64,000 nucleotides of DNA, from NCBI GenBank assembly GCA_963791485.1, contig CAWBSO010000005.1, positions 324,741-388,740 of the forward strand, in the 5' to 3' direction. The notes beneath the pieces were generated by a model. The model was not told the DNA's origin. It saw only the letters and a program-made list of their open reading frames with translations, and searched no databases. Each line of letters opens with the position of its first letter. Position 1 is the stretch's first letter. The DNA is from an uncultured Solirubrobacterales bacterium (GTDB lineage: Bacteria > Actinomycetota > Thermoleophilia > Solirubrobacterales > Solirubrobacteraceae). Made by a program: the position numbers and the translations under genes. Positions 37,165 to 46,836 of the stretch are shown here, one piece after another.

Positions 37165-39219
37165 CTATTTCCATGAGACGGTCATCGCCGGCACGGTCAC
37201 TTTCTGATTGCCGGGAGGCGAGACGTTGCTGAGGTTGACTTCGATCGAGAACGTGCTCTTGGATTCGTCCCACACGTCGGTGCGTCCTTCCTTGTTGCCG
37301 GCGAGGACGTGGAGGATCGGCGCGGACTGGGTCGCGCCTGGGCAGATCGGGTTGGGGAAGCTGGTTTCGAGTTTTGGTTCCTGCGCGAAGGAGGGGATAA
37401 AGATTTCGATCGTGATCGTCCCCGTGCCGCCCGGTGAGAGGGGGCATTCGATGTCGAATGGGGCCGAGGACTTTTTGCCCGGCCCGCTGACCTTGACGGC
37501 GTGGGTCACGTCGCTTTTGTTGCCGTTGGCGTCGGTGACTGTGAGCGTGACGGGGTAGATGCCGGGTTCCGAGAAGCCGGCGCCGGCGGTTAAGCTTGAC
37601 GCGCCCGTGATGGAGCCCGCGGAGCCGCCCCCGTAGGCGGGGAGTCCGAACGTCCATTCCCAGTCGGTGATCGTGGAGCCCATGTCGGTCGAGGAGCTGC
37701 CGTCGAAGCTCACCGCCTGCCCGGCCTTCGGCGCGCTCGGCGGTTCGTAGGGTCCAAACGTGAATGCGGCCTGCGGAGTCGAGGATCCGCCCGTCGTGGT
37801 GCCCCCAGTGCTTCCCCCGGAGCTTGAGCCTCCGGTCGAGCCCGTGGTGGTGCCCGCGCCGCCACTTGTAGCCACTGGGTGGTAGAACGACGGGGGGTGC
37901 GTCAGGCCGCTGAGCGCTGCGACGTCTCCGTCTTCCTTGGCGTGGTCGGCCGCGTACTTAAGCGCGCCCTCGAGGTTGCCGTCGAACAGCAGCAGCGTCT
38001 CCGCCGAGGATGTCAGCGCTTCGAGGGCGCGTGTGAAGCCGTCCACCCAGCTTCCCGCGTGGTAGGGGTCGGGCGTGGTGTTGGTCTCTTCTTTGCCATT
38101 GACGATGTAAGTGTCCAGATAGCGCTTGCCGGGCTCGCCCGCGGCAGCGGCAGCGGCGAACATCACGACGTTGGGCTCATCCCGCACGACTTCTTCGAAG
38201 CGTCCGGCGAAGCAGGAGTCCACGAGCAGCTTGAAGTGGGCTTCCTTATGCGCCTTGACGATTCCCGCGATGTCACTCGCGGTCACGATCGGCACACTCA
38301 CAGGCTCGGGGTCGTCCTCCGGCGTGAGCGTGGTGTTGTGCGCCATGTCGCTCAGCGGATCGCTGTTGACGATCACCGCGCCCTGGGGGTAGGTGAAGCG
38401 AACCGGCTCGCCGTCCACCATCGTCGTCCCCGGCCCCGGGAGACCGTGCCCTGCGAGGAAGATCAAGACATCGGTGCAGCCATCCGCGATCGCCTTGGAG
38501 ACTTCAGTGGCGAGGTTCTCGCTGTTGGTCGCGTTATACGCGGGGATCCCGTTGTCCTTGGCCACCGCCGCCATCGCCGCCATGTCCCCGCCGAAGTTGC
38601 TCAACGTCTTTTCGCCCCGCAACGGATCGTGGCGATCACCGATCAAGACGGTGCAGCTCCCGGGGAACGGCCCGCCCGCGGCCGCACGCGCCGGCAGCAC
38701 GCTGAAGGTCCCCAACGACGTGGTCGTGGCCGCGTGATCGGCGGCCTGCGCGCTCGCGGCCCGCCCGCGGGGCTTCGGGTAGACGGCGTAGCGCGGGTTG
38801 GTCTCGGCGCTGACGAACGCCGGGACGTGACCGTCGAGCAGCGGGTAGAAGTAGAGCGTCTGCTCCTCCAGCACCCTGCCGCTGCGAGCGTCTATCAGCA
38901 GCAGGCGACTCGGATGCTCGTAGTCGCTGCCCGGTTCGAGATCCTCCCAGAACAGCCATGCGCTACGGCCGATCCTGCGCACCCGCTCCCGGAAGGACAG
39001 CTCGTCCCCCAGGCGCCCCTGCTTGGTGGTCAACCCGATCGGGTCCGCCGGAACCCCAGCGCTGAAGACATAGTCGCTCGCCTTCAACGGCCCCGGCAGG
39101 CCAACGACGACCGCGCCGGGAGTACGCCCCGGGTCCAGCACTTTCAGCGCGATCCGCTCAGCCCGCGCACGCGCGATCGCCCCAGCGGGCGCCGCAACCA
39201 CCAAGCCCAGCAGCAGCAT
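37165..39219 (-). CDS. Secreted clan CD (caspase/legumain-fold) peptidase-like protein with a PKD domain
   Basis: Signal peptide; IFLAGHG and LVDSCFAG catalytic-dyad motifs; G/S/T linker; VSFDGSSSTD...WEWTFG...YPVTLTVTD (PKD); start uncertain. Confidence 0.7.
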   Translation of the reverse strand: MLLLGLVVAAPAGAIARARAERIALKVLDPGRTPGAVVVGLPGPLKASDYVFSAGVPADPIGLTTKQGRLGDELSFRERVRRIGRSAWLFWEDLEPGSDYEHPSRLLLIDARSGRVLEEQTLYFYPLLDGHVPAFVSAETNPRYAVYPKPRGRAASAQAADHAATTTSLGTFSVLPARAAAGGPFPGSCTVLIGDRHDPLRGEKTLSNFGGDMAAMAAVAKDNGIPAYNATNSENLATEVSKAIADGCTDVLIFLAGHGLPGPGTTMVDGEPVRFTYPQGAVIVNSDPLSDMAHNTTLTPEDDPEPVSVPIVTASDIAGIVKAHKEAHFKLLVDSCFAGRFEEVVRDEPNVVMFAAAAAAGEPGKRYLDTYIVNGKEETNTTPDPYHAGSWVDGFTRALEALTSSAETLLLFDGNLEGALKYAADHAKEDGDVAALSGLTHPPSFYHPVATSGGAGTTTGSTGGSSSGGSTGGTTTGGSSTPQAAFTFGPYEPPSAPKAGQAVSFDGSSSTDMGSTITDWEWTFGLPAYGGGSAGSITGASSLTAGAGFSEPGIYPVTLTVTDANGNKSDVTHAVKVSGPGKKSSAPFDIECPLSPGGTGTITIEIFIPSFAQEPKLETSFPNPICPGATQSAPILHVLAGNKEGRTDVWDESKSTFSIEVNLSNVSPPGNQKVTVPAMTVSWK

Positions 39220-39500
39220 GACCGCCACCGCCAGCGTCCCCCTCAGTCTGATGCCTGCGCACGACACCGCCACCGAGTCTAATCTCCGCTTAGGACACCC
39301 GCTTCTGACCCCGATTGGACCACGCCGCCGTCGCGCATCGACGTGCTGGCCAGCGCCATCCACGAGCTGCGCGTGAGGCACGAGCGGCGCCCCACGGGGC
39401 CTCGTGTGGCCCATGCGGTGGCCCACCTGGCCCGGCCACCGGCCATCGCCGGCCAAGCCCTACACGCCGAAGCCCGCATGCTTGCAGGCGGTCGAGCAAA

Positions 39501-39583
39501 TGCCCGGGGTGGGAGTCGAACCCACAAACCTTTTCGAGGCGCCGATTTTAAGTCGGCTGCGTATGCCGTTCCGCCACCCGGGC
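39501..39583 (-). tRNA. tRNA-Leu (TAA)
   Basis: GCCCGGGTGGCGGAACGGCATACGCAGCCGACTTAAAATCGGC...GTGGGTTCGACTCCCACCCCGGGCA with long variable arm. Confidence 0.95.
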
Positions 39584-39787
39584 GCGGATGCCCTTGCTCC
39601 TCTCTGCGACTACCCGCAGTCTACGAGAGCAGCAGGCGGGAGCGCCCGTGGGCCAGCCCCTCGAGCTTTAGCTTCCCTTGGTCATGCGCGGGTAGAACAT
39701 ATGCAGAGCGCCACCGGCGTCCTGCAGCCGCAACTTAAGCGGTTGGTACCGTGTCTATAAGGGCAAAGCCGCAGCGATTGGACCACC

Positions 39788-41488
39788 GTGGAGGTCACCG
39801 CACTAAAACCAGGCGTCGCACCCGGCCTACGAGGGGCCAGCCCACTGCTGCGCCTGCAGCCGGACGAGCGCCTGATTGCGCTCACGCGCCGCGGCCAGCA
39901 CGCCGCCTTCGAGACGCTCTTCTCGCGCTACCACTCGCGGCTGCTGTCCTTCTGCCGGCACATGCTCGGCTCGCGTGAGGACGCCGAGGACGTGCTGCAG
40001 GAGGTGTTCGCGGCCGCGTTCAACGCGGTGCTGGCTGACGAGCGCCCGATCAACGTGCGGCCGTGGCTGTACCGGATCGCGCGCAACCGCTCGCTCAACC
40101 ATCTGCGCCGGGCCTCTGCGATCGGGGTGGATTCGATGGACATCCACTTCGCCGAGCACGGCCTCTCCACCGGCGATCAGGTGCTGCGCCGCGAGGGCTT
40201 CCGCCAGCTGATCGGCGACGTGCAGCAGCTTCCCGAGACCCAGCGCACCGCGCTGCTGCTGCGCGAGATCGACGCACTCTCCTACGAGCAGATCGCACTC
40301 ACGATGGAGACCACCGTGCCCTCGGTGAAGTCGCTGCTGGTGCGCGCCCGCATCTCCCTCGCGGAGGCCGCCGAGGCGCGCAAGCTCAGCTGCGATGAGG
40401 TGCGGGGTGAGCTGGGCGAAGTGGCGGAGGGTCTCGTCAAGATCAGCCCTCCCGCGCGCCGCCATCTGCGCGACTGCGAGCGCTGCCGTACGTTCCGCAA
40501 GCTACTCAAAGACAACAACCACGCACTCGCCGCGATCTTCCCCGTCGGGCCGCTGCTACTGCTCAAGCACTTCGTGCTCAGCAAATTCGGTGCCTCCTCC
40601 GCCGCCGGCCACGCGGCTGGTGCTGGGAGCGCCGGCGCCGGGGTGGGCGCCGCCAGCGGAGCGACCGGCGGAGCCGGCGCGGCCGGCGGACTGCTCACGG
40701 CGGGTGCCGGGGCGGGGGCCGTCGGAGGTACGAGCGCCGCGGGCGGCCTCGTGACCGCCGGCGCGGGAGCGATCGCGACAAAGGCCGCCGCCACGCTGGC
40801 CGCCGCCGCACTCGTCACCGCCGGCGCGGTCGCCGTCAGCCCAAGCCACGTCCGCCGTCACCACTCCACACCTTCGGCGGTCGCCTCGGCCGCCCCCGTC
40901 GCACTCACCCACAGCGCCGCCCCGCTGGTCGTGCGCTCGGTGCCTCAGCCGATCAGCGCCGGCGCCCACGTCGCCGCCGCGGCCGGCGCCTCGCAGCTCG
41001 CCACGCGCCGCCTCCACCGTCGCCCGCCGCTCAAGCCGAGGTCCGGCGCGGGCGCCGCAGGTAGGCGTCTGCATCCACACACTCCCACCCCGACCAATGC
41101 CGCGGACCTGCCCCCCGTCGTCAAGCCGCCCGTCTCCGTGCCCGTCGCCCAGCCGCCGGTCACGCCGCCCGCGGTCGTGCAGGTCACCACCGAGACGACC
41201 GCGCTTCCGTCCACTGGCACCACGACCAGCACTCCCACCCAGCCGGCCGCGGCCCCGCCCGTGACGAGCACAACGCCCACTACCCCGGCGCCGCCGGTCG
41301 AAACGGCGCCGACCACCACGGAACCGGAACCGGCCGGGCCCGCCGGCGGCGAAGCGCCCGAATCCGGCGCCTCGGGCGCAGAAGCCCCGGGCGGCGCCTC
41401 TCCGACCGAAAACGCCACCGGCGGCGTCCCCCGCAGTAGACCTATTCCAGCGCGAACGTCCCCAGCGGTTCTTCCAGCGCGCCTTTGA
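39788..41488 (+). CDS. ECF sigma factor with fused zinc anti-sigma motif, TM and Pro/Thr-rich tail
   Basis: DAEDVLQEVF, WLYRIARN, LPETQRTALLLRE..LSYEQIA, HLRDCERC. Confidence 0.9.
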   Translation: MEVTALKPGVAPGLRGASPLLRLQPDERLIALTRRGQHAAFETLFSRYHSRLLSFCRHMLGSREDAEDVLQEVFAAAFNAVLADERPINVRPWLYRIARNRSLNHLRRASAIGVDSMDIHFAEHGLSTGDQVLRREGFRQLIGDVQQLPETQRTALLLREIDALSYEQIALTMETTVPSVKSLLVRARISLAEAAEARKLSCDEVRGELGEVAEGLVKISPPARRHLRDCERCRTFRKLLKDNNHALAAIFPVGPLLLLKHFVLSKFGASSAAGHAAGAGSAGAGVGAASGATGGAGAAGGLLTAGAGAGAVGGTSAAGGLVTAGAGAIATKAAATLAAAALVTAGAVAVSPSHVRRHHSTPSAVASAAPVALTHSAAPLVVRSVPQPISAGAHVAAAAGASQLATRRLHRRPPLKPRSGAGAAGRRLHPHTPTPTNAADLPPVVKPPVSVPVAQPPVTPPAVVQVTTETTALPSTGTTTSTPTQPAAAPPVTSTTPTTPAPPVETAPTTTEPEPAGPAGGEAPESGASGAEAPGGASPTENATGGVPRSRPIPARTSPAVLPARL

Positions 41489-42110
41489 CGCCCACGTCGA
41501 GCGGAGAGGTCACCTGGTGGTTGCCGGCGACCGTGGTGAGCATCGTGATCTCCAAACCCCGGCGCGCGCCCGGCTGGTCGGGAAGCAGCAGCACGTTACG
41601 CCCGTACATCTCCCGCTCCTGCACGGTGGTTGTGTAGAAGACGTTGTACGTGGCATAGCTCGACACCGCGTCGATCTGCGTGCTGCCCTGCCCGCGCAGC
41701 ACGAACCCGCTCTGGCCCGGAACGCGAGCGCCAGCGAGGCGCTGGGTGTAGCCGGACGCGTACATCGCCAACGCCGCCCCGAGCGCACCGTGGTAGGGGG
41801 GCAGCACGAAGGGACCGACCGCGAAGGAGTCCTCCAGCCGGCCATCCACCACGCGCTGCACCTTCGCGTACCCACCGGGGGTCGGGCTTGTCCGGTAGAG
41901 CCCTGCGTAGCTGAAGCTGAACGGCACCGGTCCCCCGTGGGTGACCGTCGGGCTGACGAGCGTCAGCGCCGCACCCGCGATCACCGCCACCAGCAGCGCG
42001 GCGACCGTGACCCACAGCAGGCGCGCCCCCACCGACGCACGCCGCCAGCGGGGCGCGAGCAGCTCCCCGAGCGTGGGGCCATACTCGCTCTTGAGCGGCA
42101 GCGCGGGCAT
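41442..42110 (-). CDS. Hypothetical membrane-anchored protein
   Basis: Single TM, typical codon usage. Confidence 0.6.
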   Translation of the reverse strand: MPALPLKSEYGPTLGELLAPRWRRASVGARLLWVTVAALLVAVIAGAALTLVSPTVTHGGPVPFSFSYAGLYRTSPTPGGYAKVQRVVDGRLEDSFAVGPFVLPPYHGALGAALAMYASGYTQRLAGARVPGQSGFVLRGQGSTQIDAVSSYATYNVFYTTTVQEREMYGRNVLLLPDQPGARRGLEITMLTTVAGNHQVTSPLDVGVKGALEEPLGTFALE

Positions 42111-42206
42111 CGAGCCTGAGCCTATCCCAGCACGGAGCGTGGCCCCGGGCGCTCGCGGCGGACGCCGGGCCGTCGTCGCGCCGCGGCCCGGGCGAGCGGC
42201 CCGCGC

Positions 42207-43157
42207 CTACCCGAGCCCGATTACCTTCAGCCGCCGGCTCAGAGCGGTGGCGGCGAATTCGCGGGTTTCGGAGATCCGCACCCCGAGCAGTTCGATGTCC
42301 TCTTCGGTCTCGTCCATCCACTTCGGTCGCAGCACGCCCTCCGCGGCCGGCGCGACCTCCGCAAGCGTGCGACCGATCGCCTGCTTGTAGCGCTCGTCCT
42401 TCAACGCCATGTCGCGCAGGAAGCGCGCCCCGAAGGCGACGTGGCGGTGCTCGTCGCGGGCGACGTTGATGAAGCCTTCGACGAAGGCCGGCAGCGTGCC
42501 GACGCGTTCGTTGTAGGAGATGATGAAGTGCTGGCCGGTGAGCGCGAGCATGCCCTCGATCACCATGTGGTAGATCGTGACGGCCTCGACCAGCGCCTCG
42601 GTGTCCTCGGGCTCGCGCGCGAGCCGGTCGACGCGCCCGCGCAGCAGCTCGTCGAACAGCTCCTCGAACTCGGGGTTGAGGTGCTGGCTGGTCTCGGCGA
42701 GGCGCCCGCCCAGGTCGTCAGCTTCGAGCACGCCTACCTCGGAGTAGAAGCGGTCGAAAAACGCGACGTGGCGGGCCTCGTCGGCGATCTGAGTACAGAG
42801 AAAGATGCGCATGTCCTCGTCGGGGCACGCCCGCATCATCGGGCCGAGCTCCGCGGCGACGCGCTGCTCGCCGACGAAGAACGAGGAGAGCCCGTACATC
42901 CGCGCGTAGCGCTCCTCGGCGTCGATGCGCTCGTGCCAGTCGATCCGATCCTGGGTGAAGTCGAGGTCCTGCACCGCCCACTGCTGGCGCTCCCACAGCG
43001 AGTACAGCTGGCGGTAATCCAGCAGCTCTACCCGGCCGCGGTCACCGGCTTCGGTGAGCGCAGGGTCGCTGGTGGCGCGGAAGTCCTCGCGCTCACCCAG
43101 GCTCGTGGCACTCTGCCCCGGAGGGCTCTGCACCTGCTGTGCGCCGCCGTCGGACAC
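42207..43157 (-). CDS. R2-like ferritin-fold dimetal protein (R2lox / RNR beta-like)
   Basis: GEQRV, DEARH, IEG, DEHRH motifs; no R1 gene in the window. Confidence 0.8.
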   Translation of the reverse strand: MSDGGAQQVQSPPGQSATSLGEREDFRATSDPALTEAGDRGRVELLDYRQLYSLWERQQWAVQDLDFTQDRIDWHERIDAEERYARMYGLSSFFVGEQRVAAELGPMMRACPDEDMRIFLCTQIADEARHVAFFDRFYSEVGVLEADDLGGRLAETSQHLNPEFEELFDELLRGRVDRLAREPEDTEALVEAVTIYHMVIEGMLALTGQHFIISYNERVGTLPAFVEGFINVARDEHRHVAFGARFLRDMALKDERYKQAIGRTLAEVAPAAEGVLRPKWMDETEEDIELLGVRISETREFAATALSRRLKVIGLG

Positions 43158-43195
43158 TCGCTCAGCCTACACCATCCCTGGCCGTCCAGCCAGAA

Positions 43196-43471
43196 TCACT
43201 CACCGACGGAGAACAGCGCCTCCAGGTCGTGGCGAGAGTAGGCCTGGAAGGCAACCATCGTCTGTGTGCGCGAGACCCCCGGCAACGTTGTGATCTGCCC
43301 CGTGACGACGTCGGCGAGCTGCTCGTGCGCAGCGACGCGGACGATCGCGACGAAATCCCACTCGCCCGTCACCGAGTAGGCCTCAGCGACCCCCTCGATG
43401 TCGGCGAGCGCACCCCCGAGGGTGGAGAGGGCGTCGCGTTCGGCCTCGATCAGCACGACCGCGTGGGTCAT
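43196..43471 (-). CDS. Lrp/AsnC ligand-binding domain protein
   Basis: GVAEAYSVTGEWDFVAIVRV...GVSRTQTMVAF. Confidence 0.88.
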   Translation of the reverse strand: MTHAVVLIEAERDALSTLGGALADIEGVAEAYSVTGEWDFVAIVRVAAHEQLADVVTGQITTLPGVSRTQTMVAFQAYSRHDLEALFSVGE

Positions 43472-43517
43472 CGTGTGGGTCCGCGGGGCGTGGCGATCGC
43501 AGGTGGGACGATGGTGG

Positions 43518-44195
43518 TCATGGCGTGTGCGACTCCCCCGGGGCGAGCACGACCACCTGCGAGGCGCCGGCGGCCTCCACGTCGGCCTTGAACGCCTGCA
43601 CGTCGGTGTGGATCGGGGGGAAGGTGTCGTAGTGGCAGGGGATCACCTGCTGGGCACCCACCAGCCGCGCAGCCTCGACGGCGTCGAAGCGGTCCATCGT
43701 GTAGTGGCCGCCAATGCACATCAGCGCCACGTCGATCGGCTGGCGCCGGCCGACGAGGGCAAGGTCGGAGAAGAGCGCGGTGTCGCCGAGGTGGTAGACG
43801 ACCTTGCCGCCGAAGCCAACCACCAGTCCAGCCGGGACGTTGGCGGTGCCTTTGGGGGTCGTGGAAGTGTGCCAGGCGGGCACCAGTCGCACCCACCCCC
43901 AACCGCGCTCCACGGTGCCACCGAGGTTGGGGTCGCTCACGTTCTGCACGCCGTCCGCGGTGAGCTCGTTGGCGATCTCCACGACCGCGACCACGTCGGC
44001 GCCGCTGCGCTTTGCGATCGACACGGTGTCGCCGATGTGATCGACGTGCCCGTGGGTGAGCAGGATTGCGCTCGGGCTCAGCTCCTCGGCGGCCGCCGCT
44101 GCCTTGGGATTGCCGGTGAGGAAGGGATCGATCAGCACCGTGGTGTCGCCATCGCGCAGCTCGAAGGCCGCGTGGCCGAGAAAGCGGATCTCCAT
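43518..44195 (-). CDS. Metallo-beta-lactamase-fold hydrolase (UPF0173)
   Basis: FLGHA, IDPFLTGNP, THGHVDHIGD, YHLGDT, IPCHYDTFP. Confidence 0.9.
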   Translation of the reverse strand: MEIRFLGHAAFELRDGDTTVLIDPFLTGNPKAAAAAEELSPSAILLTHGHVDHIGDTVSIAKRSGADVVAVVEIANELTADGVQNVSDPNLGGTVERGWGWVRLVPAWHTSTTPKGTANVPAGLVVGFGGKVVYHLGDTALFSDLALVGRRQPIDVALMCIGGHYTMDRFDAVEAARLVGAQQVIPCHYDTFPPIHTDVQAFKADVEAAGASQVVVLAPGESHTP

Positions 44196-44237
44196 GTTCA
44201 ATATGCCTCTCTGGGTCGTGTTGCTTATATCTAGCGC

Positions 44238-45017
44238 TTACGCCGCCCCCGCGCGAGCGCTGCTGAGACCGTAGCCCAACACCAGCCCGACCGCGGCGCC
44301 GGTGACGCCCGCTACCCAGCTCGCTTCCCAGCGGGCGAACGGCATCGCCAGCAGCACCGCCGCGATCGTCGCCGTGCCGAGCAGGTCGCCGTCGTAGTAG
44401 CGCTTGGCGCGGGCGGCGCGTAGGTCGGGGACGGCCCACGCCGCGAGCAGCGCGAGCGCGCCGGCGTTGGCGCCGGCGACGACCGGTAGTGGGTAGACCG
44501 CAAGCGCGACGAGCGCGCCGGTGGCGCCGGCGCCGAAGAACGCGACGAGCACCGGGGCGGGGCCGTGGCGGCGCTCGAGCAGCCAGCCGAAGATCGCCAC
44601 CGCCAGCACCGCGGAGAACGCATATACACCGGCGTACAGTTCGCCCGCATAGGCGAACTGGGTGGTGAGGAGCTTCCACCAGTCGCCTCGCAACGGACCC
44701 AGCACGACCAAGTGGTAGAGGCCGAGGTAGCCGCCGCTGGTGAGTACCCACACCACGCAGCTGGCTGCCACCAGCGCGAGCGTGGCGTATGGCGGGGAGT
44801 CCGCACGCACCCCGGCGATCTCGCCCCGGCGCAGGCGCCCGAGCGAGGGCACCGACAGCCGCGCCCCGTGGGAGGCGCGCTGGGGGGTGTGCTCGCGCGG
44901 CAGCTTGGGCGCGCGCCGGCGCAGGCGGGTGCCGCAGTAGGGGCACTCGGTGACGTAGGGGCTGACCTCCGACCCGCACTGCTTGCACACCACGAACAGA
45001 TCGGCACCCGAAGACAT
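44238..45017 (-). CDS. Rhomboid-like membrane protein with N-terminal zinc ribbon
   Basis: CKQC...CPYC, WWKLLTTQF, LERRHG, multiple TMs; GANAG in place of catalytic GASG. Confidence 0.75.
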   Translation of the reverse strand: MSSGADLFVVCKQCGSEVSPYVTECPYCGTRLRRRAPKLPREHTPQRASHGARLSVPSLGRLRRGEIAGVRADSPPYATLALVAASCVVWVLTSGGYLGLYHLVVLGPLRGDWWKLLTTQFAYAGELYAGVYAFSAVLAVAIFGWLLERRHGPAPVLVAFFGAGATGALVALAVYPLPVVAGANAGALALLAAWAVPDLRAARAKRYYDGDLLGTATIAAVLLAMPFARWEASWVAGVTGAAVGLVLGYGLSSARAGAA

Positions 45018-45080
45018 CGCCGATCCATTCTAGGGCCCTCCCAGCTTCCCTCGGCGGCGCCTCGGCGGTAGAGTCCGGGC

Positions 45081-46010
45081 ATGACCTCACTCGGCTATGA
45101 CAAGCAGCTCTACATCCTCGCGTTCGACCACCGCGGCTCCTTCCAGAAGAAGTTCTTCGGCATCGAGGGCGAACCCGACCCGGAGCAGACGGCGATGATC
45201 GCCGACGCCAAGCACCTCGTCTTCGAGGGTATGCAACAGGCGGTGGCCGCCGGCGCCGACCCGTCGGTGACAGGGGTACTAGTGGACGAGCAGTTCGGCT
45301 CGACCGTTCCCGAGGAGGCCCGCGCGCAGGGCCTGCGGCTGGCGATGCCCGCCGAGCGCTCGGGCCAGGAGATGTTCGACTTCCAGTACGGGGAGCAGTT
45401 CGGCGAGCACATCGAGCGCTTCGACCCCGACTTCACGAAGGTACTGGTGCGCTACAACCCCGACGGCGACGCGGAGGGCAATCGCGAGCAGCGCGAGAAG
45501 CTCAAGCAGCTATCCGATTGGCTGCACGAGCACGAGCGCAAGTTCCTGTTCGAGCTGCTCGTCCCCGCCACGCCCGCCCAGCTCCAGCAGGTAGGCAGCG
45601 ATGGCGAGCGCTACGACGCGGAGCTGCGCCCCGAGCTTATGCGTCGCACGATCGCCGAGATCCAGAAAGCGGGGATCGAGGTGGACGTGTGGAAGATCGA
45701 GGGCGTCGACGCGCGCTCGGACTGCGAGATGCTCGTCGCCCAGGCCCGCACCGGCGGGCGCGACGGCGTGGTATGCGTGGTGCTGGGCCGCGGCGCAGAC
45801 GACGCGAAGGTCGACCACTGGCTCGGGGAGGCCGCCCCGGTGGACGGCTTCGTGGGCTTCGCGATCGGGCGCTCGATCTGGTGGGACCCGCTCAAAGCGT
45901 ACGTGGACGGCAAGATCGAGCGTCGCGCGGCGGCGCAGCAGATCGCGCAGAACTACCTGCGCTTCGTCAAGGTGTACGAGCGCGCCGAGGGCCGCGCCCC
46001 GGTCGGATAG
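45081..46010 (+). CDS. DUF2090 (IolC C-terminal / class I aldolase-like) protein
   Basis: LYILAFDHR, KVLVRYNP, DVWKIEG, VLGRG, GFAIGRSIW. Confidence 0.85.
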   Translation: MTSLGYDKQLYILAFDHRGSFQKKFFGIEGEPDPEQTAMIADAKHLVFEGMQQAVAAGADPSVTGVLVDEQFGSTVPEEARAQGLRLAMPAERSGQEMFDFQYGEQFGEHIERFDPDFTKVLVRYNPDGDAEGNREQREKLKQLSDWLHEHERKFLFELLVPATPAQLQQVGSDGERYDAELRPELMRRTIAEIQKAGIEVDVWKIEGVDARSDCEMLVAQARTGGRDGVVCVVLGRGADDAKVDHWLGEAAPVDGFVGFAIGRSIWWDPLKAYVDGKIERRAAAQQIAQNYLRFVKVYERAEGRAPVG

Positions 46011-46039
46011 GGGCTGGACGGGCCCCGGGGAGTAGGCTG

Positions 46040-46297
46040 ATGGCGATGCAGGCTTCGAAAATGAGGCGCAGCGTCGCGGAGATCGAGGAGGCGTTCGCCA
46101 AGGAGATATCGCTCGACCGCCACCGCCGCGACTCGCTGCGCCGCACCGCCGAGCAGCGCGCCCTGAAGCGTCAGGTGCAGCGGCGCAACAAACGCGGCAC
46201 GGTCCGCTTTGCGCTGCTGGTGCTGGCGCTGATCCTCACGGCGGTGGTCGTCACCGTGGCGATGTTCTTCACGCTCTACCAGCTGCTGGGCAGCTAG
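46040..46297 (+). CDS. Hypothetical small membrane protein
   Basis: Charged N-terminus, C-terminal TM. Confidence 0.6.
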   Translation: MAMQASKMRRSVAEIEEAFAKEISLDRHRRDSLRRTAEQRALKRQVQRRNKRGTVRFALLVLALILTAVVVTVAMFFTLYQLLGS

Positions 46298-46537
46298 CTA
46301 ATCCTTCTCGCCCAGCCCTTGGATGGCGTCGTCGACCTCCGAGCGGACATCCTCGCGAGGTTTGCCTTCCCCCTGCTGACGCTGGATCTCGATGTAGATC
46401 TCGGTCCGGAAGACCGGCACGTCGGGAGGCGCCTGGATGCCGATGCGCACCTTCTCCCCGACGACCGACAGCACCGACACCTCGACATCGTCGCCGATCA
46501 TGATGCTCTGATTGGTCTTGCGCGTCAGGACCAGCAT
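46298..46537 (-). CDS. csrA: Carbon storage regulator CsrA
   Basis: [48 protein letters not shown]. Confidence 0.95.
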   Translation of the reverse strand: MLVLTRKTNQSIMIGDDVEVSVLSVVGEKVRIGIQAPPDVPVFRTEIYIEIQRQQGEGKPREDVRSEVDDAIQGLGEKD

Positions 46538-46836
46538 TCCGTGCACCCTTCCGTTTCGGGCCGACGGCAATCGGCACGATTACCCGCAGACCAAGCCTTC
46601 AACCAAGCATATAGTCCGAGAACCCGAAAGGGATCTCCTCCGGCGGCTGATCGGCCGCGCCCATATAACGCGCTCAGCCGCAGATTTCTGCCGCAAGGTG
46701 GTCAAAGCTACGGATCTCTGCTCATCGCCCGCCGCTGTCGGGGCGGTCGGCTGGTGCGGGAGAAGCGTCTCGCACTCGCAAGCGACGCCTGCCGAGGCGA
46801 TCGAGCACGTCCATGCGCTAGTCTCCCGGACCGTCC

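Larger units (their letters stand above)
34373..39546. mobile_element. Decayed integrase-less genomic islet at tRNA-Leu
   Basis: Flanked by the tRNA-Leu 3' end and its degenerate copy; contains gene fragments. Confidence 0.6.

Noticed and set aside
42207-43157. Class I ribonucleotide reductase beta subunit (nrdB/nrdF)
   Set aside because: No alpha subunit or nrdI/nrdH adjacent; the sequence looks more like R2lox-type proteins, so no gene symbol was given
43468-45090. 540-aa minus-strand ORF spanning two genes
   Set aside because: Alternative-frame overlap of the rhomboid-like and hydrolase genes; composition is not protein-like
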